A stretch of 64,000 nucleotides of DNA from Sphingomonadaceae bacterium. Its GTDB lineage: Bacteria > Pseudomonadota > Alphaproteobacteria > Sphingomonadales > Sphingomonadaceae. Below, piece after piece: positions 26,596-36,383 of this stretch. The stretch is taken from the NCBI GenBank assembly GCA_046290045.1, contig JBKBUL010000001.1:865-64864 (forward strand), read 5' to 3'. Positions within the stretch are counted from its first letter, which is position 1; each line of letters begins with the position of its first letter. The notes under the pieces are model-generated. The model made no database searches. It was given only the letters and a program-made list of their open reading frames with translations, and had not been told where the DNA came from. The position numbers were made by a program, and so were the translations under genes.

Positions 26596-28107
26596 ATGCT
26601 GGACTGGATCGAGCGCATCGGGAACCGCCTGCCCTCGGCGATCATGCTGTTCCTGTGGCTGTCGCTGCTGCTGGTGCTGGTTTCCGTCGTCGCGAGCTTC
26701 GCCGGCCTCTCGGGCATTCATCCGGGCACCGGCGAAACCGTGAAGGCCGTCAACCTGCTGTCGGCCGACACGATCCGGCGCTTCCTCGTCGAGATGCCCC
26801 GCACCTTCACCGGCTTCCCGCCGCTCGGCACCGTGCTGACCGTGATGATCGGGATCGGCATCGCCGAGCGGACTGGCCTCATTGCAGCCGCGCTCGGCGG
26901 CATGGTCCGGCGCGTCCCCGGCCCCTTCCTGGCCTTTGCCATCACGCTGGCCGGCATCCTCTCCAGCCTCGCGGTCGATGCCGGCTATGTCGTGCTGGTC
27001 CCGCTGGGCGCCGCGCTGTTCGCAGCCGCCGGGCGGCATCCCCTGGCGGGGCTTGCCGCCGCCTTCGCCGGGACCTCGGGCGGCTATTCGGCGAATCTGC
27101 TCGTCACCTCGCTCGATCCCCTGCTTGGCGGCATCTCGCAGACGGCCGCCCAGCTTCTGATGCCGGGCTATGAGGTGCTGGCAACCGCCAACTGGTTCAT
27201 GATGATCGCGCTCGTGCCCCTGTTCGCCATCGCCGGCGCCTTCGTGACGACGCGGATCGTCGAACCCCGGCTCGGCGCCTGGGACCCCGTCCCCGGCGTT
27301 CCAGTCTCGGCCGAGGCGCCCACCGCCACCGAGACCCGGGCGCTTCGCATCACCGGCTGGTGGGCGCTGGGGCTCGTCGCCCTCATTGCCGCGCTCGTCG
27401 TCCCCGAGGGCGCGCCGCTCCGCAACCCCGAGACCGCCCGGATCGAGCCCTTCTTCCAGGCGATCGTCGCGATCACCGCCATCGGGCTCGGCTTCCTCGG
27501 CATCGTCTACGGCCGCGCCACCGGCCAGATCCGGCGCTCCAACGATGCCATTGCCATGTCCGAGGATGCGATGCGCACCATGGCGAGCTACATCCTGCTC
27601 GCCTTCGTCGCGGCCCATTTCCTCGCCTTCTTCGCCTGGTCGAACCTCGGCATCCTGCTGGCGATCGCCGGCGGGGACATGCTGCGCGCGTCGGGCATCG
27701 GCGGCGTTCCGCTGCTGCTGCTGGTGATGCTGACCTCGGCCTTCATCAACCTGTTCATCGGCTCGGCGAGCGCGAAATGGGCGCTGCTGGCGCCCGTGTT
27801 CGTGCCCATGTTCATGCTGGTCGGGATCACGCCCGAGGCGACGCAGGCCGCCTACCGGATCGGGGACTCGGTCACCAACATCATCACCCCGCTCATGAGC
27901 TATTTCCCGCTCGTGCTCGTTGCTGCCCAGCGCTACGTGCCAAGCCTCGGCATCGGGTCCATGATCGCCACCATGCTGCCCTTCTCCATCGCCTTCCTGG
28001 TTGTCGGCGCCGGTACCCTGCTGCTGTTCCTGCTGGCTGGAATCCCGATCGGGCCGGGCACGCTTCCCTTCATGGATCCGATCGCGCCAGCGGCCGGTAG
28101 CCGCTGA
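26596..28107 (+). CDS. AbgT family transporter (copy 1)
   Basis: LDWIERIGNRLP, FTGFPPLG, AGRHPLAG, SGGYSAN, SASAKW, QAAYRIGDSVTNIITP. Confidence 0.92.
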   Translation: MLDWIERIGNRLPSAIMLFLWLSLLLVLVSVVASFAGLSGIHPGTGETVKAVNLLSADTIRRFLVEMPRTFTGFPPLGTVLTVMIGIGIAERTGLIAAALGGMVRRVPGPFLAFAITLAGILSSLAVDAGYVVLVPLGAALFAAAGRHPLAGLAAAFAGTSGGYSANLLVTSLDPLLGGISQTAAQLLMPGYEVLATANWFMMIALVPLFAIAGAFVTTRIVEPRLGAWDPVPGVPVSAEAPTATETRALRITGWWALGLVALIAALVVPEGAPLRNPETARIEPFFQAIVAITAIGLGFLGIVYGRATGQIRRSNDAIAMSEDAMRTMASYILLAFVAAHFLAFFAWSNLGILLAIAGGDMLRASGIGGVPLLLLVMLTSAFINLFIGSASAKWALLAPVFVPMFMLVGITPEATQAAYRIGDSVTNIITPLMSYFPLVLVAAQRYVPSLGIGSMIATMLPFSIAFLVVGAGTLLLFLLAGIPIGPGTLPFMDPIAPAAGSR

Positions 28108-29661
28108 GCGACGGCCACGCGCCCCGGTCCGCCCCACGGCCCGACGCGGGGCCTTCTCGACCGGATCGAGCGCCGGGCAGGCCTGATCCCCGACCCGGTC
28201 CTGCTGTTCCTCTGGCTGACCCTTGCCGTCGTGGTCGGCTCCGCGCTCGCAGCCGGTGCCGGGCTCGAGGCCCCGCATCCGGCCAGCGGCGAACCGGTGC
28301 GTGCCGAAAGCCTGCTTGCAGGCCGCTATGTCCGTCGGCTGCTGACGGAAATGCCCCAGATCTTCACGGCCTTTCCGCCCTTCGGATCGGTCCTCACCAT
28401 CGTCATCGGGCTCGGCATCGCCGAGCGAAGCGGCCTCATCGCCGGATCGCTCGGAGACCTGCTGCGGCGCGCGCCGCCGCCATTCCTGCCGCTTGCCGTG
28501 GTGTTCGCCGGCATCCTCTCCTCGATCGCGGTCGATGCCGGCTTCCTCGTGTTGCCGCCGCTTGCCGCCGCGCTGTTCGCAACCGCCGGTCGCCATCCGG
28601 TGGCGGGGATCGCAGCCGCCTATGCCGGGGTCTCGGGCGGCTTTTCGGCAAACCTGCTCATCACCGGGCTCGATCCCCTGCTTGCTGGCCTGACCGAGGC
28701 GGCCGCGGCCCTGCTCGTGCCGGGTTACACCGTTCTGGCGACCGCCAACTGGTTCCTGATGCTGACCTTCGTGCCGGTCCTCGCCATCGCGGGCGCGCTC
28801 GTCACGACCCGATTGGTCGAGCCCCGGCTGGGCCGATGGGAAGCGCCGCCGAACCTCGACGGGCTGGCCCTGCCCGCGCCTGACCCGCGCGACAGACGGG
28901 CCCTTGCGCGGACGGGCTGGGCAGCACTCGCGCTCATCGCGGGGCTCGCGCTGCTCGTCCTTCCCGAGGGGGCCGTGCTTCGCGACCCGGCAACCGGCAC
29001 CCTTGCGCCCCTCTTCCAGAGCGTGGTCGCCCTCATCGCCCTCTCGCTTGCCATTCTCGGGATCGTCTATGGCCGCGCACGCGGCACCATCCGCAACAGC
29101 ACGGATGCCGTCCGCATGGCCGAGCGGGGCCTTGCCGACATGGCCATCTACATCCTGCTTGCCTTCGTCGCTGCGCACTTCCTCGCGCTCTTCGCTTGGT
29201 CCAACCTCGGCACGCTGCTGGCCATCGGCGGTGGCGCGCTGCTCAGGGCCTCGGGGCTGGGCCCGGTTCCCCTCCTTCTCGGCCTCATCCTGCTGTGCGG
29301 CCTCATCAACCTGTTCATGACTTCGGCGAGCGCCAAATGGGCCCTGCTCGCACCCGTCTTCGTGCCCATGTTCATGGGGGTCGGCCTGTCGCCCGAACTG
29401 ACCCAGGCAGCCTATCGCGTCGGCGACAGCGCCACCAACATCATCGCCCCCACCATGGTCTATGTGCCGATCATCCTCGCGGTCGCGATGCGCTACGCGC
29501 CCGGCTTCGGCCTGGGCCAGCTGATGGCGACCATGCTGCCCTACGCGCTTGTCTTCATGCCGCTGATGAGCGGGATCCTGCTCCTGTTCCTCGCGCTCGA
29601 CATCCCGCTCGGCCCCAGCGCCCCACCATCCGTCAGCCTTGCGCCCCCGACCCGAGGCTGA
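28108..29661 (+). CDS. AbgT family transporter (copy 2); start codon unresolved
   Basis: Same motifs as copy 1 (GRHPVAG, SGGFSAN, SASAKW, YRVGDSATN). The conserved N-terminus LLDRIERRAGLIPDP lies upstream of the first canonical start (GTG 28231), in frame with the copy-1 stop. Confidence 0.85.
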   Translation, partial: ATATRPGPPHGPTRGLLDRIERRAGLIPDPVLLFLWLTLAVVVGSALAAGAGLEAPHPASGEPVRAESLLAGRYVRRLLTEMPQIFTAFPPFGSVLTIVIGLGIAERSGLIAGSLGDLLRRAPPPFLPLAVVFAGILSSIAVDAGFLVLPPLAAALFATAGRHPVAGIAAAYAGVSGGFSANLLITGLDPLLAGLTEAAAALLVPGYTVLATANWFLMLTFVPVLAIAGALVTTRLVEPRLGRWEAPPNLDGLALPAPDPRDRRALARTGWAALALIAGLALLVLPEGAVLRDPATGTLAPLFQSVVALIALSLAILGIVYGRARGTIRNSTDAVRMAERGLADMAIYILLAFVAAHFLALFAWSNLGTLLAIGGGALLRASGLGPVPLLLGLILLCGLINLFMTSASAKWALLAPVFVPMFMGVGLSPELTQAAYRVGDSATNIIAPTMVYVPIILAVAMRYAPGFGLGQLMATMLPYALVFMPLMSGILLLFLALDIPLGPSAPPSVSLAPPTRG

Positions 29662-29682
29662 CCTCGCCCGCCACCGTAGCGT

Positions 29683-30438
29683 TCAGCGGCTCAGCGAAAC
29701 CAGCTCGTACCAGGTCGCCATGTAGCCGCCCACACCGCCCTTCACGAAGATGCGGTCGGAATCGGCCGTCACCCACAGATCATAGGCCGGGTGCGTCGTC
29801 CCCCCCATGCCGGGCCCCTCGTCGTCGATGAAGCGGAAATGATGACAGTCGAACCGGCCGGCCGGACATTCGGCCGGCTCGTCGCCCACATATTCAAGGC
29901 CGATCCGGACCTCGGCCAGCATCGGCGGCGTGGCGCCGCGATGGTCGGGCGACGGCAGCAGGCAGCGAATGGTGCGCCGGTGCGGGCCCCGGGCGATGTC
30001 CATGCAGCGGGTCATGTAGGCATCACCCACGATCGGGTGCGTGCCGAAGCCGTCAAGACCCTCACCGATCGGCAGGGTCTGGTGCAGCCGGCCGATGGAC
30101 GGCCCATGGCTGGTGCAATGGACGAGGTCGCGATCCCGTTCGAACTGGATGAGGCCCGATCCCATGAAGCGGTCGCCGACGGTCAGGCGCACCAGGCAGT
30201 CGAACGGGTGGCCGTCCGCATCGAGCGAATAGATGATGTCGCGCATCACGGTGGGCGCCGGTTCCTCGATGCAGCAATGGGCGCGCATCGTCACCCGGCC
30301 GTCCGAATGGTGGGTGAAGCGGAAGTCCTCGAACCCGCGCGCCTGCCCTTCCACGCCGGCCTTGCGGCTGGTGTAGCGGATCCGGCCCGCCACCTCGCGG
30401 TGCGCCATGCCGGGCCACGGCGGGTCGGGCGGGCTCAC
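29683..30438 (-). CDS. Hypothetical protein, His/Cys-rich, last gene of a coupled operon
   Basis: GTGA overlap with the SDR stop; host-like codon usage; C-terminal VGDEPAECPAGRFDC loosely recalls DUF3108-type strands (uncertain). Confidence 0.75.
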   Translation of the reverse strand: MSPPDPPWPGMAHREVAGRIRYTSRKAGVEGQARGFEDFRFTHHSDGRVTMRAHCCIEEPAPTVMRDIIYSLDADGHPFDCLVRLTVGDRFMGSGLIQFERDRDLVHCTSHGPSIGRLHQTLPIGEGLDGFGTHPIVGDAYMTRCMDIARGPHRRTIRCLLPSPDHRGATPPMLAEVRIGLEYVGDEPAECPAGRFDCHHFRFIDDEGPGMGGTTHPAYDLWVTADSDRIFVKGGVGGYMATWYELVSLSR

Positions 30439-31244
30439 GCCGCCCCGCTGCGCTTGTGCCGCTCGACCACCGCCGCCCCCATCTGGCCCATCAGGTCGAG
30501 AAGGGCATCGGGATCGCGCCGCTTCAGATCAAGGAGCGCCATTTCGGGCCCGCCGCCGCCGACCGGGATCTCCCGCTGCCCGCGGGCCATGCCCTCGAGG
30601 ATCTGGATCGCCGCCTCCTCGGGCGAGATTCCGGCATCGACATCATCCTCGCCCGCCCCCTTGACCGACCCGTCACCGCGCAGAGCCCGCGCACCGATCT
30701 CGGTGCGGACGAAACCGGGCACGATCGTCGTGACCCGGATCCCGCGGTGCGCGACTTCGGTGCGCAGCGAGTCGAAGAAGCCCATCACGGCGTGCTTCGC
30801 CGCACAATAGCCGCTGCGCTGCGGCGAGCCCACCTTGCCGGCCACGCTGGCCACCACGGCGACATGGCCCTCGCCACGCGCCAGCATGGCCGGCAGCACC
30901 AGCTTGGTGAGCGCGACCGGCGCGAAGAAATCGACCTCCATGATCGTCCGATAGACTGACAGGTCAGTCTCCTCGGCCAGGCTGCGCTGCGAGATTCCGG
31001 CATTGTTCACGAGCAGATCCACGGGGCCGGCATGATCGACGATGGCCGGCAGCGCCTCGAAGTCGGTCGCCTCGAAAGGCAGGACGACGCTGTTGGCAAT
31101 CCCGGCGGCCACGTCGGCGAGCGCTGCCCGGTTGCGGCCCGAGAGGATGACGGTCGCGCCTTCGGCCCCGAAGGCCTTTGCGAGCGCGGCCCCGATGCCC
31201 GACGAGGCACCCGTCACCCAGACGCGGCGCCCGGCCCAGCTCAT
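30435..31244 (-). CDS. SDR family oxidoreductase (DHRS7-like)
   Basis: WVTGASSGIG, NNAGISQRS, SGYCAAKHA. ATG 31244 overlaps the upstream stop. Confidence 0.9.
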   Translation of the reverse strand: MSWAGRRVWVTGASSGIGAALAKAFGAEGATVILSGRNRAALADVAAGIANSVVLPFEATDFEALPAIVDHAGPVDLLVNNAGISQRSLAEETDLSVYRTIMEVDFFAPVALTKLVLPAMLARGEGHVAVVASVAGKVGSPQRSGYCAAKHAVMGFFDSLRTEVAHRGIRVTTIVPGFVRTEIGARALRGDGSVKGAGEDDVDAGISPEEAAIQILEGMARGQREIPVGGGGPEMALLDLKRRDPDALLDLMGQMGAAVVERHKRSGAA

Positions 31245-31930
31245 GGTGAAAAGCCCCAGGGCGGAACGACGGGCGCCTTCATCAGCGCCGGATGCAGCCA
31301 GGTGAGCAGCAACCAGAGGCCCATGCCGGCCAGCACAGGCAAGAGGCCGGGCCAGGCGGTCCGCCACGGCTGCCGCCCGGCAAGCTGCGCGCCGAACGGC
31401 CAGTAGCTCGTGCGCGCCTCATAGGCTGCCCATTTCGCGCCGAGCTGCCGGCGCTTCTTGCCATCCTGGAAGGCGGCGCCCACCAGCGCCAGCGCGCCGA
31501 TCCCGACCGCGAGGATGACCGTCGGCAGGCTCCCCGACAGCGTCGCGTGCACTGCCGCCCAGAGGCCGAAGGCCCACATCATCGGGTGGCGCGTGATCGC
31601 CAGCACGCCCGAAGGCGGCCGATCATCGACCGGAACACCCGCAAGCGCCTTGTTGGCCGGGGTCAGCGATCCGGCGAACAGGATGGAGGCCACCAGCATC
31701 ACCAGCGTCGCGAGATGCCACAGCCCCGTCGGCGCAACCCAGAGGGTCTGCGGCGCCAGCGGGGTGTAGGCACGCACCGCCAGCACCAGCAGCGCCAGCG
31801 ACAGCAGCGAGTAGCCGATGCGGAACCCATTCTCGCCGAGCCTTGCGACCAGCCCGTCGCGAAGTGGCGGTGTCGCAAGCGCGATGTGGCTGACCACGAA
31901 GGCTGCCAAAAGCAGGACGAAGGCGGTCAC
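31241..31930 (-). CDS. NnrU family membrane protein
   Basis: FVVSHIAL...LRDGLVARLGENGFRIGYSLLS, ITRHPMMW, WAAVH, RTSYWPF. Confidence 0.82.
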   Translation of the reverse strand: MTAFVLLLAAFVVSHIALATPPLRDGLVARLGENGFRIGYSLLSLALLVLAVRAYTPLAPQTLWVAPTGLWHLATLVMLVASILFAGSLTPANKALAGVPVDDRPPSGVLAITRHPMMWAFGLWAAVHATLSGSLPTVILAVGIGALALVGAAFQDGKKRRQLGAKWAAYEARTSYWPFGAQLAGRQPWRTAWPGLLPVLAGMGLWLLLTWLHPALMKAPVVPPWGFSP

Positions 31931-33243
31931 CGGCCCGCTCCCCGGTGGCGATAGCCTTCGGGCAGCTGGTCGCGCGGCTGGCCGGGCCGATAGCGCCTTG
32001 CCAGCTCGGATTGCCGGCTTTCCAGCGATTGTTCCGCGCCGGCGATGAACAGCCGCTCGGGCGTGCTCGACAGTTCGAGCGGATCACCCGACCAGATGAC
32101 GACGTCGCCCGCAGCACCAGGCCGAAGCACGCCGCGATCGGACAGGCCGAGCAGCTCCGCCGGCGCCCGGCTTACGGTGGCAAAAGCCTGGTCCCAGCTG
32201 AGGCCGACGCCCCCCGGGAGCCGCCCCTGCGCAACCATGTTCCCGGCATAGTGCGGCAGCAGCCGGGGCTGGAAGCTGGCGTCGAGATCGGGGGTTCCCA
32301 GCGCCACCGTCACACCAGCCGCCACGAGACGCCCGACATTGTTCATGGTGGCGGCCACCTCGTCGAAGCTGGCCGGCAGATTCTCCATGCCGAGCGTGAT
32401 GACCGGCACCTTCGCCCGGGCAATCTCGTCGGCAACCAGCCAGCCCTCGTTCGCCGAGACCAGCACGAGGCGAAGCCCGGGATACATCTGCGGCAGCTTC
32501 AGCACCTGCCGGATGTCGGACGCGCGATCGACCCGGACGAACAGCGGGTGCGCGCTGCGAAGAACGAGGCTGAGCGCCTCGGCATCGTCCCGGGTGATCC
32601 TCAGGTCCTTGTGCTGGTCGCGCATCGGCATCACCAGGCCCGCGGACAGTCGCCTCGCTTCCTCCAGCCCGTTCACCAGCTCGGCCCAGGCCGCCGTCCG
32701 GGCCCCGCCGGCGATCTCGCCGCCGCGGCGACCGAGCTGGACGTATTGGAAGGCGCGCTCGCGAAGCGGCCCGCGCATGCCCTCGCCCAGCGAGATCACC
32801 ATCCCCTGCCCGGCATAGACCGAGTCGCCGGGAAAGGGCGCCACGATCGCGCTCGTGACGCCGGCCCGCCGGGTGATGGGGATCGACGTCTCGTTCGGGT
32901 TGAAGGCGGAGGCTGCGATCAGCGACGCCGAGACCGCGGCGCGCGGCGCGCGGGTGTCGTTGGCATCGGCACCCCCGGTCACTTCGGACAGGCCCAGCTG
33001 CGCGAGGCCGGCCACAAGCCCCGGCGTGACCCATTTGCCGCTCGCGTCGATCGCGCGGTAGCCGGGCGGTATGGCGGCGCCGGCAGGCAGCACCCGCTCG
33101 ACCTGGCCGCCAGACAGCAGCACGGTGCCGCCCTCGACCGGCGCGCCGACATTGGTGACGACGCGCCCGCCGGAGATGGCGATGCGGTCCTGCGCGGCAG
33201 CGGGCGCCGCAACTAGAAGCAGCGCAAGGAAAATCGCCCTCAT
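31927..33243 (-). CDS. Secreted amidohydrolase-fold protein, apparently non-catalytic
   Basis: Signal peptide, IDASGKWVTPGL, GDVVIWSGDPLE; no HxH after TPGL. Confidence 0.8.
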   Translation of the reverse strand: MRAIFLALLLVAAPAAAQDRIAISGGRVVTNVGAPVEGGTVLLSGGQVERVLPAGAAIPPGYRAIDASGKWVTPGLVAGLAQLGLSEVTGGADANDTRAPRAAVSASLIAASAFNPNETSIPITRRAGVTSAIVAPFPGDSVYAGQGMVISLGEGMRGPLRERAFQYVQLGRRGGEIAGGARTAAWAELVNGLEEARRLSAGLVMPMRDQHKDLRITRDDAEALSLVLRSAHPLFVRVDRASDIRQVLKLPQMYPGLRLVLVSANEGWLVADEIARAKVPVITLGMENLPASFDEVAATMNNVGRLVAAGVTVALGTPDLDASFQPRLLPHYAGNMVAQGRLPGGVGLSWDQAFATVSRAPAELLGLSDRGVLRPGAAGDVVIWSGDPLELSSTPERLFIAGAEQSLESRQSELARRYRPGQPRDQLPEGYRHRGAGR

Positions 33244-34628
33244 TTCACGTCTCCCGCGCCCGGCTGTCCGACCTCGAAGTCCGAGACCGGCCGGCGGCCT
33301 GGATCGGCTGCATCATAGGCGAGCCCGCCATCCACCCAGACCTTCAGCGGCCTCGAATAGACGCTGAGCGGATCGCCGTTCCACAACACGAGGTCGGCCT
33401 GCTTGCCCGGCTCGAGGCTCCCCGTCCTGTCGGCAATGCCCAGCGCCTTGGCCGGATTGTGCGAGAGCCAGGCCCAGGCTTCCTCGTCGCGGATCTCGAG
33501 GCCCATGCGCCGGCCGTTTGCAAGCGCCTTCGCCGTCTCCTGGTTGAGGCGCTGGATGCCGTGCGCATCATCCGAATGGGTGATGGCGCAGCCACCGGCG
33601 GCGTGCACGAACGGCAGGTTCTCCTGGATGGTGTCGTAGCTTTCCATCTTGAAGCCCCACCAGTCCGCCCAGAGCGCCGCGCAGATGCCCTCCTTCGTGA
33701 GGATGTCGGCGATCTTGTAGGCCTCCACTCCGTGGTGGAAGGCGGCGATCCGATAGCCGAACTCACGGGCCATCTGGATCATGTTCATCATCTCGTCAGC
33801 GCGATAGCAATGGTTCTGGATCAGGATCCTGCCGTCCAGCACGCCGACCAGCGTCTCCATCGCCATGTCGCGTCGCGGGGGGCCGCTGCCCTGCCGCCCG
33901 CCGGTCGCCTTGTAGTTCTGGGCGTTCGCCCAGGTCTGCCGCGCCAGCGCGAGATTGCCCATCCGGCTGCCCGGCATCTGGTTGCGGCTGCCATAGACGC
34001 GCTTGGGATTCTCGCCGCAGGCCATCTTCAGCGTCCAGGGCGCGCCCGGCATCAGCATGTCCTGCGCGGTGCGCCCCCACACATTCTTGAGCGTCACACC
34101 CCGCCCGCCGAACAGGTTGGCGGAGCCGGGCAGGATATGCAGCACCGTCACACCGCCGGCCAGCGCGCGGGTGAAGCCCGGATCCTGCGGCCAGACGGCA
34201 TGGAAGGCCCACACCTCGGGCCGGACCGGGCCCGTCACCTCATTGCCGTCCGAATGGGCGGGCACGCCGGGCGAAGGATAGTTGCCCAGGTGGGAGTGGA
34301 TATCGATGATGCCAGCCGTCACCCACTGGCCGCGACCGTCGATCACGGTTGCCCCGCCTTCGTTCACCGACGGGCCAAGCGCCGTCACCTTCCCGTTCTC
34401 GAAGCGGATGGCGCCCCGGTCGATCCGCCCGCCCTTCCCGTCGTAGATGGTGACGTTGCGGATCACGGTCGGCGTGCCCGGAATGGGCCGATAGGTCGAC
34501 TCATAGGCCGCCTCCCCCGGCCCTGAGGGCGCTGCCGCCGGCGCTGCTGCCGGCCGGGCCCCGGAGGTTCCCGTGGTGGTACAGCCTGCCAGGCCGAGCG
34601 CCGCCAACCCCAGAAGCAGATTCCTCAA
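33240..34628 (-). CDS. Amidohydrolase family lipoprotein
   Basis: Lipobox LAGC; IIDIHSHLG, LKMACGENPKR, NHCYRADE, HHGVE, HSDD metal-ligand set. Confidence 0.88.
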   Translation of the reverse strand: MRNLLLGLAALGLAGCTTTGTSGARPAAAPAAAPSGPGEAAYESTYRPIPGTPTVIRNVTIYDGKGGRIDRGAIRFENGKVTALGPSVNEGGATVIDGRGQWVTAGIIDIHSHLGNYPSPGVPAHSDGNEVTGPVRPEVWAFHAVWPQDPGFTRALAGGVTVLHILPGSANLFGGRGVTLKNVWGRTAQDMLMPGAPWTLKMACGENPKRVYGSRNQMPGSRMGNLALARQTWANAQNYKATGGRQGSGPPRRDMAMETLVGVLDGRILIQNHCYRADEMMNMIQMAREFGYRIAAFHHGVEAYKIADILTKEGICAALWADWWGFKMESYDTIQENLPFVHAAGGCAITHSDDAHGIQRLNQETAKALANGRRMGLEIRDEEAWAWLSHNPAKALGIADRTGSLEPGKQADLVLWNGDPLSVYSRPLKVWVDGGLAYDAADPGRRPVSDFEVGQPGAGDVK

Positions 34629-36205
34629 GCGCGTGCTCCTTCCGTCACCTCGATCGCGCCCTCGGCCGCCGGAAGATCGTCATCCCGAAGCGTATCGAGG
34701 TGCATCAGCCGCTTCACGAAGGGCGCGATCAGCAGCACGACCACGCCCACCCCCACGGCCACCCAGCCGACGGTCGAATAGACGTCGAGCACGACCGCCT
34801 TGGCCGCACCCGCCGAGTCTTCGAGCGCGCCGGCGCCGGTCGCGGCCGCGATCAGCCCGGCCGCGAAATTGCCCGTCGCCGACGCAAAGAACCAGGTCCC
34901 CATGATGAGGCTCGCCATGTGCGCCGGCGCCAGCCGGTTCATGGCCGAAAGACCCACCGGCGAAAGGCAGAGTTCGCCCGTGGTGTGCAGGAAATAGAGG
35001 AGGAAGATGAACAGGATGGGCGTCGGATTGTCGAGGCCGGCCGCCGTCGCCCCGAACACCAGCACGAGGAAGCCCGCGCCCAGCTGGACGAGGGCGAGGC
35101 CGAACTTTGCCGGCGTGGAGGGTTCGAGCCCGCGCTTGCCCAGCGCCGTCCAGAGCGCCGCGAACAGCGGCGCCAGCAGGATGATGTAGACAGGATTGAT
35201 CGACTGGAACACCGAAGCGGGCACCTCGATCCCCAGCAGCGCGCGATCGACATGCCGGTCGGTGAAGAGGTTGAGCGAGGAGCCCGCCTGCTCGAAAAGG
35301 GCCCAGAAGAGGATCGAGCCCAGGATCAGGAACAGGGCCGCGAAGATGCGGTCGCGATCCTCGGGCGGCAGTTTCGTGACCGCCGTGAACAGCACATAGC
35401 CGACGAGCACCACACCGGCCCCCAGCAGCAGCGTGCCGATGACCGCCTGATACTGGATGAGCAGCCACGAAAGGCCGACCGCCAGGAAGCCGACCAGATA
35501 GAGCAGCCACTCGAGCCTTAGGCCCGCCACACGGCGCTCAAGCGCCTTGGGGTTGCGCGGCTCGCCCGCGCCATTGAGCCACGGCGTGAAGATCAAGAAC
35601 ACAAGCAGGCCCGCCAGCATGCCGATTCCGGCGAGGCCGAAGCCATAGGCCCAGCCATAGGTCTGGCCGATCCAGCCGCACAGGAAGCTGCCCAGCGCGG
35701 CGCCGACGTTGATGCCCATGTAGAAGATCGTGTAGGCACCGTCTCGGCGCACGTCAGTCCTCGGATAGAGCTGGCCCACGATCACCGAGATATTGGCCTT
35801 CAGGAATCCCGAGCCGACGATGATGAAGCTGAGCGCGAGCCAGAAGATGTTGATGGTGGGGTCCGCCTGCCCGCCCGTCCCCTCGAAGGCCATCAGGAAA
35901 TGGCCGAAGGTGAGCAGCAGCGCCCCGAACATCACCGCCTTGCGCTGGCCGAGCCAGCGGTCGGCGATATAGCCCCCGATCACCGGCGTGATGTAGACGA
36001 GCGCCGTGTAGGCCCCATAGACGACGCCCGCCTCGCTGTCGGTGAACAGCCAGTGCTGGACGAGGTAGAAGATGAGGAGCGCGCGCATCCCATAGTAGGA
36101 AAAGCGCTCCCACATTTCGGCGAAGAACAGCACGAACAGGCCGCGCGGATGCCCGAACCAGGTCGGGCCCTCTGCGCGCGCCGGTGTGACATGGGTGTCG
36201 GCCAA
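34625..36205 (-). CDS. POT/PTR family proton-dependent oligopeptide transporter
   Basis: GHPRGL, EMWERFSYYGMR, GFLKANIS, FYMGINVG, GELCLSPVGLS. TTG start after AGGGAG. Confidence 0.93.
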   Translation of the reverse strand: MADTHVTPARAEGPTWFGHPRGLFVLFFAEMWERFSYYGMRALLIFYLVQHWLFTDSEAGVVYGAYTALVYITPVIGGYIADRWLGQRKAVMFGALLLTFGHFLMAFEGTGGQADPTINIFWLALSFIIVGSGFLKANISVIVGQLYPRTDVRRDGAYTIFYMGINVGAALGSFLCGWIGQTYGWAYGFGLAGIGMLAGLLVFLIFTPWLNGAGEPRNPKALERRVAGLRLEWLLYLVGFLAVGLSWLLIQYQAVIGTLLLGAGVVLVGYVLFTAVTKLPPEDRDRIFAALFLILGSILFWALFEQAGSSLNLFTDRHVDRALLGIEVPASVFQSINPVYIILLAPLFAALWTALGKRGLEPSTPAKFGLALVQLGAGFLVLVFGATAAGLDNPTPILFIFLLYFLHTTGELCLSPVGLSAMNRLAPAHMASLIMGTWFFASATGNFAAGLIAAATGAGALEDSAGAAKAVVLDVYSTVGWVAVGVGVVVLLIAPFVKRLMHLDTLRDDDLPAAEGAIEVTEGARA

Positions 36206-36383
36206 TCGCGTCTCCCTGATGGCGCGCCCATCTGCCGGGGCGCGTCTCGCGCCGATTGATGGAACCGCCCGGCGAGGCGCGCAAGCGGGAAATCGGCGAG
36301 GCGTTGAAGCCCTCGCGGAAATTGCGGGCTTGGCTTACCGGCCTGGCCTCGCCACAAGCGCTGGACCAGCCACGGGAGCCGCA

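Noticed and set aside
28105-28107. Selenocysteine at the AbgT TGA
   Set aside because: The position is in a non-conserved linker rather than a Cys-equivalent site, and no sel genes are in the window.
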